Translations under genes and position numbers: made by a program
The notes under the pieces: model-generated
The model's database searches: none
What the model saw: the letters and a program-made list of their open reading frames with translations, nothing else
Told to the model about the DNA's origin: nothing
Assembly (NCBI GenBank): GCA_965644315.1
Contig: CBFFRQ010000043.1
Location: 708,378-772,377 of the forward strand
DNA: 64,000 bases
Direction of reading: 5' to 3'
Source: Caecitellus pseudoparvulus
Lineage: Eukaryota > Protista > Bigyra: Bicosoecida
Shown here: positions 34,556 through 46,385 of the stretch, one piece after another
How the letters are laid out: each line of letters opens with the position of its first letter
How positions within the stretch are numbered: the first letter of the stretch is position 1

Positions 34556-37500
34556 ATGGCTGACGAAGCCGTGCACAGCGCCGCCCAAGCGGTGAAGGAC
34601 GCTGCTGCAGGGGATGCCAGCGCGAGGGAGCGGCACAAGCAAGGCCAGCGGACCGCCCAGCTGAGCAAAGTCCACCGAAAGCTCGAAGAACGCCGTGCTC
34701 AACGCGAGGGGGCTGCGACGCCTGCGTCCCCAGAGACCGAGGCCAGCTCGGCTGCTGCCGCTGAGATCTTCGCAGCAGCGGTAGAGACCGCAGAGAAGGT
34801 GTGGGTTAAGGTTGCACCGGAGGACGAACCCTTCAAGTGGAAGTATGTCGCCCGTGCAGAGCTGCTGAAGGCCCAGCAAGCGATCCGGGACCTGCTGCCC
34901 GGCGATGGAGATGCAGATGTGCGTACAGCTCCAAAGAGCCGCAGGAAGGAAGCCCTGTCGCGCACCTGAGCCGCCCTGCTTGCTCCAGGTGTTGCATGAC
35001 TTAGTTGCTCGACTTGAACGCCGGATCGGAGTGAACTACGTGCAATGCGAGGAGAATGCGGGTACGTCGCCGTTTCGTGCGAAACGCAAGCGTCGCCGGT
35101 CGTCAAACCCGGACCCCTCTAGCACGCAGCTGGGTCCCTCGCGCTCACACGTGCATTGAACCGTCTTGAACGGCGGCTCCCCTTGCTGGTAAAGGAGTTA
35201 GACGGCAAGGCCGTGCCCTCGGGCAACACCTGCGTGCTGGCTTCAGTGCTGGGTGCCACGACAGTGCTGGGCATGGGCATCGACGTCTTGGACGCGTGCA
35301 ACTACAAGGCTCTGCTCACCAGTGGTTGGGGCAACCCCCTTCGCGCCTACTTGCACCTGCGCAAGGCCGACATCGTGTACGAACTCGTCACGTCGTGCCT
35401 GGCCAAGCACCTGCCGTCAGCCCTGCACGCCTTCGCAATGAAGCCCATCTCCGAGTTGTCGTCTGCCCATGAAGGCTCAGAGACACTGGCAAGTGCCGTG
35501 ACAATCGTGCTTCCTGGTGGGGGTGGCGGGGAGCCGGACAGGGAGCTGTCGCCCCGTTCCCTGGTAGCCCTCGCCTCCCGTCTGCGCTCCTCCGTCGTCA
35601 CGCTGCAGGCGCTGTACACCCACACCGCCTTCTACCATGCCCAAGTGCTCACACCGCTGGGCCTGCGCTCGCTGGCAGCCCAGGCTGTGGAGCGCACCCT
35701 TCTGCGCCAGCTCAAGTTCCAGCTGCCCTTCCTCAGTGACTCTGCCGCTGCCACGATGGTGGGGCAGTTGCAGGCGACCGGCCTGCCCAGCCCCCCCCCC
35801 GCCACCCCCGACGCCGACGCCTCTGAGGGGGTGGAGCTGCCTGCACACATCGCGTCCAACCTGCGCATGCACACCGCCGGCACGGGGGATGCAGAGGCCC
35901 TGGATGCTCTGCAGTGGGCTCGCTTTGCCATGAAGCTGTCAGACTACTACGCCATCCGGCGGCAGTACACCGCCGCCGCGCACTGCCTGCGGGCGGCTGA
36001 CATCATCCTGGGCAGGGAGACGGCCCGGCGCGCGGCTTGCAGGGGCGGTGCGGCGCAGGCAGGGCAGGCCGCCGCGCCCCCGCCCCCTGTTGGAGACGCC
36101 GATGTGCCCGCTCCACCGACACCTGGTGAGTCTGCGCCTGCAGCCAGTGCCCAGGGTGGGCAGGCGGAGCAGGAGGATGAGGAGGAGGAGGATGAATCGT
36201 ACTTGCAAGCCCTGGCGCTGAGCCGCATGCATTGGGGCATGTTGCACACTGCCGTGCTGAAGCACGCCCGGGACGCCCGCCTGAGCGCAGCGCTTGGGCA
36301 GGACCTGGTGGGGGAGGATGAGGAGGAAGAAGCCGAACCGCCGCTGGTGTCAGCAGAGGACCTGACCAAGCTCAGGGCAGCCAGTGGCGGGGCAGCTGCA
36401 CGTGGGGCCGGGCTGCCTCCGGTGGAGGAGGCTGGTGTGGAGGGCAGCCTGGCCCCCGAGCACAGGGACTTGGAGCTGCCGGTGCCAGACGCCACTGCAG
36501 GCATGGCGAGGCTGTCCTGCCTGCCCAGTGTCGCGGCGGTGGGGGACCTCATCAGTCTGGAGGAGGCGGAGGCGCTGCTGGAGGACCAGGCGGCGAGGCG
36601 GGCCAGTGAGCAAGACGGTGACGCCGCCGCCCCCTTTGCCGACCTCATCAAGAGCTTTGTGCTGGAAGGGAGCGAAGGGCCGGAGGCAGCACAGGCTGCC
36701 CGGGACCCGCACTCCACAGCGCATGTCGACCTCCTGCTGCCTGAGCAGCTGGTTGGTGCGTCGTCGCACGCCAGTGTCGCCGCACCGCCGTGCCACGCTC
36801 ACGAACCCCGCTCCGCTCCACGCACAGACTTTGCCATGGCCAGCCAGGTGTTCCGCCTGGCCAATGCAGCCTTGCTGGAGGCGCAGAAGTTCTTCGTCCT
36901 GAACGGCTTCGTGACGGACCACCTGGCCATCCTCACTGCCCAGGCATCCTGCTACAAATACGTACGGGCTGCTCGTGCTCTGTTCTGCCCGTGCGCTGCC
37001 GTGTGTTTTTCACTCGCTCGGCCCCTGCGCAGGTGGCCATGTTTGAGTCGGACTTGAAGCGCAAGCAAGCCATGCACTCACGGCGGCTGACTCTCCTGGG
37101 GCCCATGCTGGACGTGCTGAACCCATCCATTTACTTCAACCTGCACAAGGAGGTGTCTTTGGAGTGTGGCCACGCCGCTGCAGACATGATGGACCTGCGC
37201 AGGGAACGCGTCACACAGCGCCTGGCAGCTGCGCGGGCAGCAGGCGCGTCGCCCGTGCCCACCGCCGCAGAGGCTGCTGGGGTCAACGACCTGTCTGCGC
37301 GGGCCATCGGCTTCTTCCACCACTTCATCCGCTGCTACAGCGACGAGCGCTTGGCCGGCCACCCAGTGCCCATGCCCCCCGCCCACGCATTCACAGCGCC
37401 CACGTTGGAGAGCTGCCTCAGTGCGCGTGCTGCGGCGGCGTTCGACTCGGGGCACTATGCAGGCACAAAGGTGGAGGAGCCGCTGCCTGGCTTCACCAGC

Positions 37501-37779
37501 ATTGATGACGAGAGCTTGGAGGCGTACTTCACGGCCCACTTCTACATCACACGCCTGCTGCAACGCCGCGTTATGACCAGCGTGGAAGGCCGAGTCGCAG
37601 ACCTCACGGGGTGCCTGGAGCGGGCGCAGTGGATCATCAAGGTGGCGCCGCTGCTTGTGTCTCCCGATCGACCGGACACCTTCGCGCAGGAGCTGGACTT
37701 GCTGAAGCAGCAGGTGGAGCTTCTGCCGCAGCAGCTGCAGCAGCTGGCAGCCACAAAGCGCAGTGTGCTGGGCATGTAG
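34556..37779 (+). CDS. KIFBP: KIF-binding protein (KBP/KIAA1279) homolog (spliced)
   Basis: EDEPFKWKYVARAEL, LYTHTAFYHAQV, TLLRQL, WARFAMKLSDYY, FFVLNGFVTDH, FESDLKRKQAMHSRRLTLLGPMLDVLNPSIY. Confidence 0.85.
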
Positions 37780-37978
37780 CCGCCGCAGATGCAGTCTCGG
37801 GCATGATGCAAATACAAGCCGGTGGCAACGAAGGCAGCGCACGAACTTTGTGTGTGCCCTTTCCCTGCCTCGCACGTGCACCCTCTCAGCGTGCAGTGGA
37901 GCCCGAGCTGCACCTCCGCCCCGCCCTGCGGAAAAAGCAAGGCAACGCCAGGCGCCGCAGCTTTGCACCGTCAGCGCC

Positions 37979-39010
37979 ATGGCTTGGTTTGGCGGAGACA
38001 AGAAGCGGGGCACCGCAGCTGACACAGCCGAGCAAAACGTCAGGTTGTTTCTGGTACGGCCTGCTGCCGCGCAGTCCGCGGGCAGAGGCGCCCAGCACGG
38101 CTCTGCCTCGTCGCTGTGCGCCACAGACCCGCATCGAGGAGACGGTGAAGCGCCAGAACAAGCTAAATGACCGTGCAGACGGCGCCGTGACGGCTGCTAA
38201 CCGAGGAGACCACAGCGATGAGTCCACCCGCTTGCTGAGGCAGCTGGAGGCTGAAGCGTGAGTTGCACGGCGGCCTGGTGAAGTGCAGGAGACCGTCACC
38301 CACACAGCGGCTGCCCCGTACCCCCCCCCTCCAGCTCTGCAAACAAGGAAACCTTCCTTGACCTGAAGAAAGCAGCCAAGTCAAGCATCGAGGCACTCCA
38401 GGATGAAGCTGCCGCGCGCAAGGCCACGTCTGAGCTGGAGGCGCTGCGTGACAGCTTCCGCGTGGCTCGAGACGAGTACAAGCACATCGGCGTTGCTGCT
38501 GCAGCGGGGATGGGGGACACTGCAGCGTTGATGCAGGGCGCAGCCCCCATGGGTGCAGCTGCTGGTGGCTTTGGCGGGGAAAGCAAGAACACCCGCGTGC
38601 TGGACAGTGCACAGGCCACGGCGACGGAGGGCGTTGGGAAGCTGCAAGGTGCCCTGGCTGACCTGGGCGAGGCGCAGCAGACGGCAGATGGCATCACGCA
38701 GACGCTGGCCGCTGACCGGGCTACCATTGAGGGCATCAACGCAAACCTGGACCAGATCGACAGCGACCTGGACATCTCCCAGCGCCTCATCACCAACCTC
38801 CTGAAGCGCCTGTACACTGACAAGATCATCATCGCCCTCACCTGCCTCATCGTCACCGCCATCATCGGCATCATCATCTACTCCAGCGTGAACCCCAAGC
38901 AGGACACATTCAACGTGCCTGACCAGGCCAAGCCGCCCGTGCCGTCCGAGGTGAAGCAGTCCCGCCTGCTGCGCGGACTGCCGGGGCTGCCTGCTGCCCC
39001 ACAGTGGTGA
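37979..39010 (+). CDS. Qb-SNARE of the NPSN family (spliced)
   Basis: SNARE coil ending IDSDLDISQRLITNLLKRLYTDKII, followed by a TM segment and a short luminal tail VNPKQDTFNVPD. Confidence 0.8.
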
Positions 39011-39058
39011 CGCTGGTCCGGAACGAGCGCGCCAGGACCCCTGCGTAATGTCCTTTGC

Positions 39059-39066
39059 AATGCATT
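39059..39066. promoter_or_regulatory. Palindromic AATGCATT between convergent genes; example of the recurrent 3'-end AATGCA motif
   Basis: AATGCA appears on the coding strand within ~60 nt after the stop of 18 genes in this window; here one palindrome could serve both strands. Confidence 0.55.
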
Positions 39067-39118
39067 CAACAGTCGAGGTGGCGGGGCTGTGTGCAGCAGC
39101 CCCACGCCGTGGCCCTGG

Positions 39119-42052
39119 TCAGCCGGATGCGTCTGCCCCCGTGCCTCCCGGGCAGAAATGGAAGTACTCCAGCCCCTCTGCATCGCGCAGCATGCACATA
39201 ATTGGCGGGCCGGTGATGGAGCCGCCAGCCAGCGTCACGGCGGCAATGGAGGAGAGGAAGATGAGGGTGGTCCAGTGGGGGAAGCGCACTTGCCAGGCGG
39301 CCCACATGCGCACAGCCATGACTTCGCACTGCACTGACAGGGCGCCCAGGAAGAACTGCATGCTGGAGAGTGTGTCTTGCTCCGTCACTGGCTGGAAGAG
39401 AATGGTGGAGGCGGGCCGCACGCGTGAGGGAGACTGGGGCGAGCCAGGCTCCTCCACGGACTCCAGCCCCCGTGCCCCGCAGCAACACCAGCAACACCTG
39501 CCCCAGGAGAACTCATCCGAGTCAGGGATGTCCGCGATGGCGTCCTCTTCGGCGTCGTCGAACAAAGCTGACGCGCGGCGCGACCCAGAGCGGGTGAGGG
39601 GCACTTGGACCTGGCCCCGCTGCCGCCTGCCAAGGGCCAACAGCTCAGTGGTGGTGATGGGCGCCCAAAGCGCATCCTTCGAGATGCGGTCCACCTCCAG
39701 CGCCATGTTGCGCAGCAGCTTGTGACGGTACACCTCCACGTCCGGGTCGTCGTGGCGCAGCCGGCAGGTGCAGGAGGACAGCAGCCACCCGCACCATGAG
39801 GTGGCTGGTCGTTTTTCAGCTTCCGGCGTGGCTGATCGCCCCGACGCCATGTCCGAATCCCCCTCCTCGGCCATGGGACTCAAGCTTGCTGGGGTGCCAG
39901 TCAGCAGGGAAGATGCCGGCTTGACGTTGATGCTGGTGGGCGAGACGGTGCCTGCAGGCGGACCAGCCGTGCTGGGCAGGATGGACTCCCCTTTAGACCC
40001 TGCCAGGGACAGGCGCATGCTCGCCCGGCGCTGGGCGGCCCACATCATGGCGTGCTGCGTCGACCGGCGCACATCGTCGTCCCGCACAGGGGCCCACCGC
40101 ATGCCGAAAGCGGCGTTCACGGCCCACAGCATGAGGGCCGGGCCCAAGGCCGTCGCGAGCTCCATCACGTACTGCAGCATGACGCGCCAGAGCAGGTCCA
40201 GGGGGGGGATGGGCTTGCCTCCCACACGAGCTGGGAACCGGAACAGCAGGCCGTATGGCAGGGACAGCAGGATGCCAACGTCCTCAGCCATTGTGCTGAG
40301 CGTCAGCAGGGTGTAGTACGCGTGAATGTACTGGCCATGCCGTTGCGCCCGCACCTTGGCACCGCTGAGCAAGCCACGCACTGCCTCCCCCATGCGATTG
40401 CGCAGGCGTGGCCCTGATGCGTTGAACAAGTTCCGGTACGAGGCCTCCATCGGCACCACATCCGGGCTGGCGCTGCGGGTGAGGCTCTTCGGTGCGACCC
40501 CCAGAGCGAGGCGGCCAGGAGAGCCACGCGGTGAGGAAGAAGAGCCCCGTGGCGAAGACGACGTGCTCTTGATGGGGGAGTCCCTGCGCGCTGCGCCACG
40601 CCGGCCATGCTGCATGCCAACCTTGACGAAGGCACCGACTGCCGCGGAGCGATTCGAGAACTGGCGCCGAGGTTCACGGCAGCACTCGGCGCAGTGCGCG
40701 TGGCAGCACCCGCAGCACCATGCCGGGCAGTGCCTTGGGCACACAGTCCGGCAGCAGCGCAGGAGGACTTTGTCCCTGGCCGGCTGCGTGAGGCGCAGGG
40801 CGATCTCGATGCCCGACAGGAACGCTGCCGCGATCGCAGACTCGGTGGTCGTGTCCATGTTCGTGACGAGGAAACGCCCAGCAAGTCCGGAGACGATGCT
40901 GACGGGGGCCAGGAAGGCAATGACACGGTCATGGGGCATGTGTCTGGAGAAGGACCCCTGCGCAAACACCCGGATGATGGACTGCACCACCTCCAGCAGC
41001 ATAGTGAAGAGCACCGCTCGCAGCAGCACCTGCATGACCGGGGACTCTGCTGCAATGAAGAGGGCGATCACCTGCACCATGACAAAGAAAGAAAAAGCTA
41101 GAATGGCTCCGACCGCAGCAGCTTGCAGTCGGACTGGGTGGTTCACGAGGCCGTGCAGGATGCCCGACAGCCACATGGGCGCAGCCAAGGCAGGTGCCAG
41201 CTGGCACAGCCACACTACGGCGAACGGTACCACGCGCAGTGCAACAGGTACAACGCCTGATGCAATCAGGGCCTCTTGTGCACCGCCCGCCAGTAAGTTC
41301 ACACCTATGCTCAAGAACGCCAAGCCGAACGTTGTGCTGTACCTCACCGTGCTCCAGCCAGTCAACACCAGCCACGGCACCATGGTCACAACGAACAAGT
41401 TGTTGGCGGCGAAGACCCAGTCAGCCAGGCGCAGATAAAAGGCGAAATCCTGTGTGTGTCAGCAGGATGGACCTTGTGGAGGTCATGGCCAGGCAATGCA
41501 CTGAGCATGCCCTGCGTGGAACGTGGCGCTTACCGTGACGAAGGCCGTTGTGTCCCCGCCGTTCCACTCTGGGTTGACTTGGCCCACAATGCGGGCTTCT
41601 GAGGACGAAGCATTGTAAACACCCCGGGCTTCTGTGGTACGGGAGGGGGGCGAGCACATTGCCGGTGGGCACGGGCGGCCGCACGTTCTACAGCGACATG
41701 CATGCAACAGCCCCCAGCGGAGAAACTGCGCATGAAAGCCACCCGCTCCTAGCCGCACCTGCAGTTGTGTACCAGTGTTTCGAGTACCACCAGTAGTAAG
41801 CGATGAAAACCGTCCCTGCCAGTGCACACGCAAGTCCGTAGGCTTTCACCTGAAGCTTGTAGACGCTGCGCATGTCAGTGCGACGTGCAAATGCAGGTTG
41901 GGGCCCGGCATGCTGCGGTCACTCTGCGTCAATGGCACCCACATGGAAGCTTGCAGCACTGCGCAGGGGTCGTTCCCCAGCAACATCAGCCCTTTGGACT
42001 CCTCTTTGGGGCTGGAGGGGCCTCCCGCCATGGCTGGAGAGGACCGGGGCAT
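39119..42052 (-). CDS. Hypothetical multi-pass membrane protein (spliced; start uncertain)
   Basis: 759-aa main ORF with many hydrophobic segments and Cys clusters; short upstream exons. Confidence 0.65.
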
Positions 42053-42502
42053 GAGGCTTGGCCGGCGTTTCGCGCAGAAACGCTGCGAGCGTCCTTCTTC
42101 GCTCCGCGACGGCGTGAGAAGAAGGCCGAGGGCCCGGGCTGCTTCATCCCCTTGCGTGTCACACGTTTTTGGTACCAAGGCTGAAGTGCCTGCCTCCATG
42201 CAATGAATGGAGTGCCGCCTCTGGCGTGCTGGCCGCCCGCTCTCCTGGTCGCCCCCTCTGGTGCTCGGCGCAAACTGAGAGGTCAGTCAAAATAATCAAC
42301 GTCCCTAACACATCAAACTATTCCAGTTCCTCTGGTGCAGTCCAACTTTGTTGCGACGTGCGGCACGACAATCAGCTGAGCGACGCGGTGCCAGCCCAGG
42401 CAAACTTGCTGCCAAGCCCGAATCGGCGTCTCTGCTTGGGCCTGATCTCTCATTTGATCGCCTTACGTTGATACGGACTCACAGCACCCCACAGTTCCAG
42501 CC

Positions 42503-44429
42503 ATGCCCCAACTGAACATTCGCCTGATGAGCAATGCCTCCACCTTCTCTGTGGAAGTGGAGAGCTGGTCCATGACGGTGCTGGAGCTGAAGGAAGCCAT
42601 TGCAGGCAGCGACAAGGCAGACTGTGAAGCTGCAAGGCAGAAACTTGTGTACAAAGGCAAGATCTTGAAGGACGAAGACACCCTGGAGTCGTACGGTGCG
42701 TGCTGGGCTCGTCGTGGCTTGGTTCGGTGGTGAAACGCCACGCCAGCTGGCATGCCGGGCTCCGCCGCTTGCTACGCTCTGTGCGCCTGCTCCTGCAGCG
42801 CGGCTGTGCGCCGAGCAACCCCATGCATGAAGCGTGCATGTGTAGCTCTGGTCTTTGTGCTGCTCCCGCCTTGCGCTGCATGCCTTGTGCCCTGTGCGTC
42901 AGCGCGGCAAAGCGGAGACGCCTCAGCCGACCACGCCAACTCCACCCCTCCATGCGCAGGCGTGGAAGAGGGCAACACCATCCACCTGGTGAAGGGCAGG
43001 GCACCAAGCTCGTCTCCTGCTCCTGCGTCGACCCCCGCCTCCGCTCCCACACCGGCACCAGCCCCAGCTGGCGCCCCTGCACCGAATCCCTTCGCCGCCA
43101 TGATGGGGCAGATGGGCCAAGGTACGTCTCATGGCCAGGGCAGCAACGCCCCCTCCCCAGGGCAGTCCCCCATGGCAGCCATGATGCAGGGCCTGCTGCG
43201 AGGAAACTCCCAGGCCCGTGGCGTGCTGGACGCCAACCCGGAGCTGGCTCGCGCAATGGCCAACCCTGAGCACATGCAGCAGGCCTTGCGTGCCGCCATG
43301 GACCCCGCGTACCGCCAGCAGATGCTGCGGGCGCAAGACCAGGCCATGGCGCGGGTGTCAGCTCTGCCAGGCGGCGAGGCTGCCTTGGCGCGAGCCTACA
43401 CTGACGTGCAGGCACCCCTGGAGGAGGGGCTGCAGGAGGCAATGGGGGGGGAGGGGGGCAGTGGAGGCGCCTCCACCACCCCTGTACCTGAGGGTGCTCC
43501 CCTGCCCAACCCTTGGGCACGTCAGGCTCCAGCTCCGGGTCCTGCTCCGGCAGGGGGTGGCAACCCTCTGGCAGGCTTCATGGGGGGTGCGTGCCGTTGC
43601 AGCCCTGGGGAGGCTCCGCCTTCGTCGGCCACCCCCGCTCTCCGCACCGGGCCGCACACCCTGCACACTGTCTTCCTACCCCGCCTTCACAGGGACCACT
43701 GCAGACGCGGCCATGGCAGGTGGCATGGGCGCCATGGGCGGCATGGGCGGCGCTATGCAGATGCTGCAGAACCCCGCCATGCGCCAGATGATGACGAGCA
43801 TGCTGGCCAACCCCCAGTTCATGGCCATGATGGAGCAGAGCAACCCCATGCTCAAGTCCATGCTGGACTCCCAGCCTGGCATGCGGGAGATGCTGTCCAA
43901 CCCTGCCATGGTGGAGGCCATGCTGAACCCTCAGATGATGGCCATGGCACAGAACATGATGGGCGGCGGCATGGGGCAGCAGCAGCAGCAGCCTGACCTG
44001 GCCGCGATGATGGCAGCTATGCAGGGCGCCCAGCAGGGGGGCACAGCACCCGCGCCTGCCCCCGCGCCGGCGCCAGCACCCGCCCCAGCCCCGGCGCCTG
44101 CCGGGATGCCAGACTTCGCAGCTATGATGGCTGCCATGCAGGCTGCTCAGGGCGGTGGCGCTCCACCAGTGCCTCCCCCCCCCACCATGGGTGGCGGGGC
44201 GCCTGATTTCGCGGCCATGATGGCTGCCATGCAGGGCGCACAGCAGGGGGGTGGCACGACTGGAACCACCACTGCACCAGACACCACCAACTACGAGGAG
44301 CTGTACTCCGACCAGCTGGAGCAGATGAAGGGCATGGGCTTCACCGACACAGCTGCGAACATTCGGGCTTTGAAGAGCAGTGGCGGCAATGTCGCCATCG
44401 CGGTCAACAGGCTGTTCGGGGAGGCCTGA
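42503..44429 (+). CDS. DSK2: Ubiquilin/Dsk2 (UBL-STI1-UBA), spliced
   Basis: UBL: QKLVYKGKILKDEDTLESY..EEGNTIHLV; NP/M-rich STI1 repeats; UBA: YSDQLEQMKGMGFTD..ANIRAL..SGGNV..AVNRL. Confidence 0.93.
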
Positions 44430-44643
44430 GAACCTTGCAATGCATCTGCACGTTCATGCGGAAATTGCTAGCCACGCTGCTTGCTCGGCGCTTCATGCCC
44501 CGCGCGCAAAAACTGACCCTCTCATACACACATGCGAGAAACGCGTTCATGGTCATGTCTTGACTTGTTCACCCCGGCGCTGAACCGTCCCTGACCCGCC
44601 AACCCCAGCTCGTGGCAAGAAACTCAGCACCACCACCTTCGCC

Positions 44644-45028
44644 ATGGCTGCCACCGTCCAAGAGCTGCAGCAGCGCATCACGCACCTAGAGACCATGCTC
44701 GGTGAGAGGCAGCTTGGGACATTTGCATTTGCCTTCGGGGGCGCTCACGCGGCCCTCTTCCTTGTGCCGTCGGCAGGTCTTCCAAGCGAAGCTCCCGCGC
44801 CTGGCGCAGCCGCTGGCGATGGTGCTGCCCCTGCTCAATCCAGCGGAGAGGTGCAGAAGGTGAGCAGTGCGTGCTTGCATTCGATAACATGCAACTACAC
44901 ATCCGCGCCTGCTGACTCTCGTCCACCAGCTGCGCACTGAGAACGAGGAGCTGAAGTCTGCGCTCTCCAAGGCAGACTACCGCATCAAGATCCTCAGCCG
45001 AAACCTGGCCCAGGCCAAGGGCATGTGA
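44644..45028 (+). CDS. Small coiled-coil protein (3 exons)
   Basis: MAATVQELQQRITHLETML / Ala-Pro linker / LRTENEELKSALSKADYRIKILSRNLAQAKGM after removing two GTGAG-started introns. Confidence 0.7.
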
Positions 45029-45095
45029 GCTTGGCAGCTGGGACAATGCACCTGCAGCGCTTAGGCGTGTCTATGTTGTGCTCGTTCTGGCGCCA

Positions 45096-45952
45096 TCAAC
45101 GCCCCTCCGCCCAGTCCGAGGCGGCACGGGGAGCACCATCGCTAACCCAAAACGTCTGCTTGTGCCCTTTGCCCTCCATGTCAGCAGCCCAAGACTCAGC
45201 TTCCGACTGGGAGGGGAAGGCCTTGACTACCACCCGGACACCATTGCTGTCCACGCGGTGCACGAACCACTGTCGCGCAAGGTGCCGCCGTGGCAGGGCA
45301 CTGCTGTGCTGTGGAGAAGCACCAGCCGCGGCAGCAGACATAGCACGAGCCGCCCGCACAACAACGAGTGAGGCTGCCAAGTGGCCAGCTTGGGAGGGGT
45401 GCGCCAGCGTGGTCAGGCCCCGGCCTGGAGGCCTGTGCGGCATGACTGGCTTGGAGCCGCCAGGGGCAGGAGGCGCCTTCACATTGACTGCTTCGCCCAC
45501 CTCTACGAGCAGCCGTGTAAGGGAGTTCCGCTGCACTGCTGTTTTCAGCAGGGAGACGATGAAAGGAGGCGCTCGGCTGGAAGCTGCCGAGCACGCCTCC
45601 ACGCCTTGCATAACAACGGGCTCCGCCATTTGTGCCCACAGCGGGTTCTGAGCCATCACCTCAGCGGCCTGGCCAGGCGCGCGGAAAGACAACTTCAGCA
45701 TGTGCTGAGCTTGAACTTGGTAGTGCCTGGGCAACACAACCCGTGCCGCTTCCAGCTGTGGAGCGCAAGGCACGTTGCGGTACTTGGCTGGGTACAAACA
45801 CCACCACGCCAACCTGCGTCCAGGCCGAAAACAGCACTCACCATCCGCCGATAGGCCCGATGAAAACCATACTGCTTCACAGCATAGTAAATTGTCCATC
45901 CATTGACATTCTTGAGCAGCATCCCTCCGACCCACGCGATTGGGAGCACCAT
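45096..45952 (-). CDS. Hypothetical protein with C-terminal GHKQ-motif (SPOR-like) domain (2 exons)
   Basis: Exon 1 MVLPIAWVGGMLLKNVNGW...; C-terminus WFVHRVDSNGVRVVVKAFPSQSEAESWAADMEGKGHKQTFWV. Confidence 0.65.
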
Positions 45953-46385
45953 CCTGCCTTGCTACAGAGCGTGATACGCTGACCTCGCGACTTCCTGAGC
46001 GCTGCTGCGACGAATGTGGCCTCAGCAGGCAAAGGGCAGGAGTTGAAGACACGCAAGCTGGACCGCTGTCTGCACCTGGTCGCGTGTGAGTCGGCAATCG
46101 CAAAGAAGGGACTATTTTGTTCGCACCACGTCCTATTTTCGGAGTCAAGTACCTTCCAGGGAGAGAAACATCTAAGTGTGCCCAGTTGAGCACCTTGAGA
46201 CTGATAAAAAGTGGCAATTCCCTCTTCACAATCCGAGATGCGGGGTGGGCACGTCACACCTACCTGCTCCATGAACCTTGCCCGTCTCTATAGTGTGACT
46301 TTCTGCTCGGTGAGAAAGTTCTGGGTGGCTCCGCGCTGGGGCTGGGTGTGCGTTTCCCCCGCGTTTCAGCGACATCGGCAGCGCC

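Noticed and set aside
43990-44255. Three PD(L/F)AAMMAAMQ repeats and a PA run in ubiquilin; KSS repeats in the HMG protein as possible arrays
   Set aside because: Ordinary coding low-complexity repeats with no repeat-spacer structure; no CRISPR-like array, tRNA or rRNA was seen in the window.
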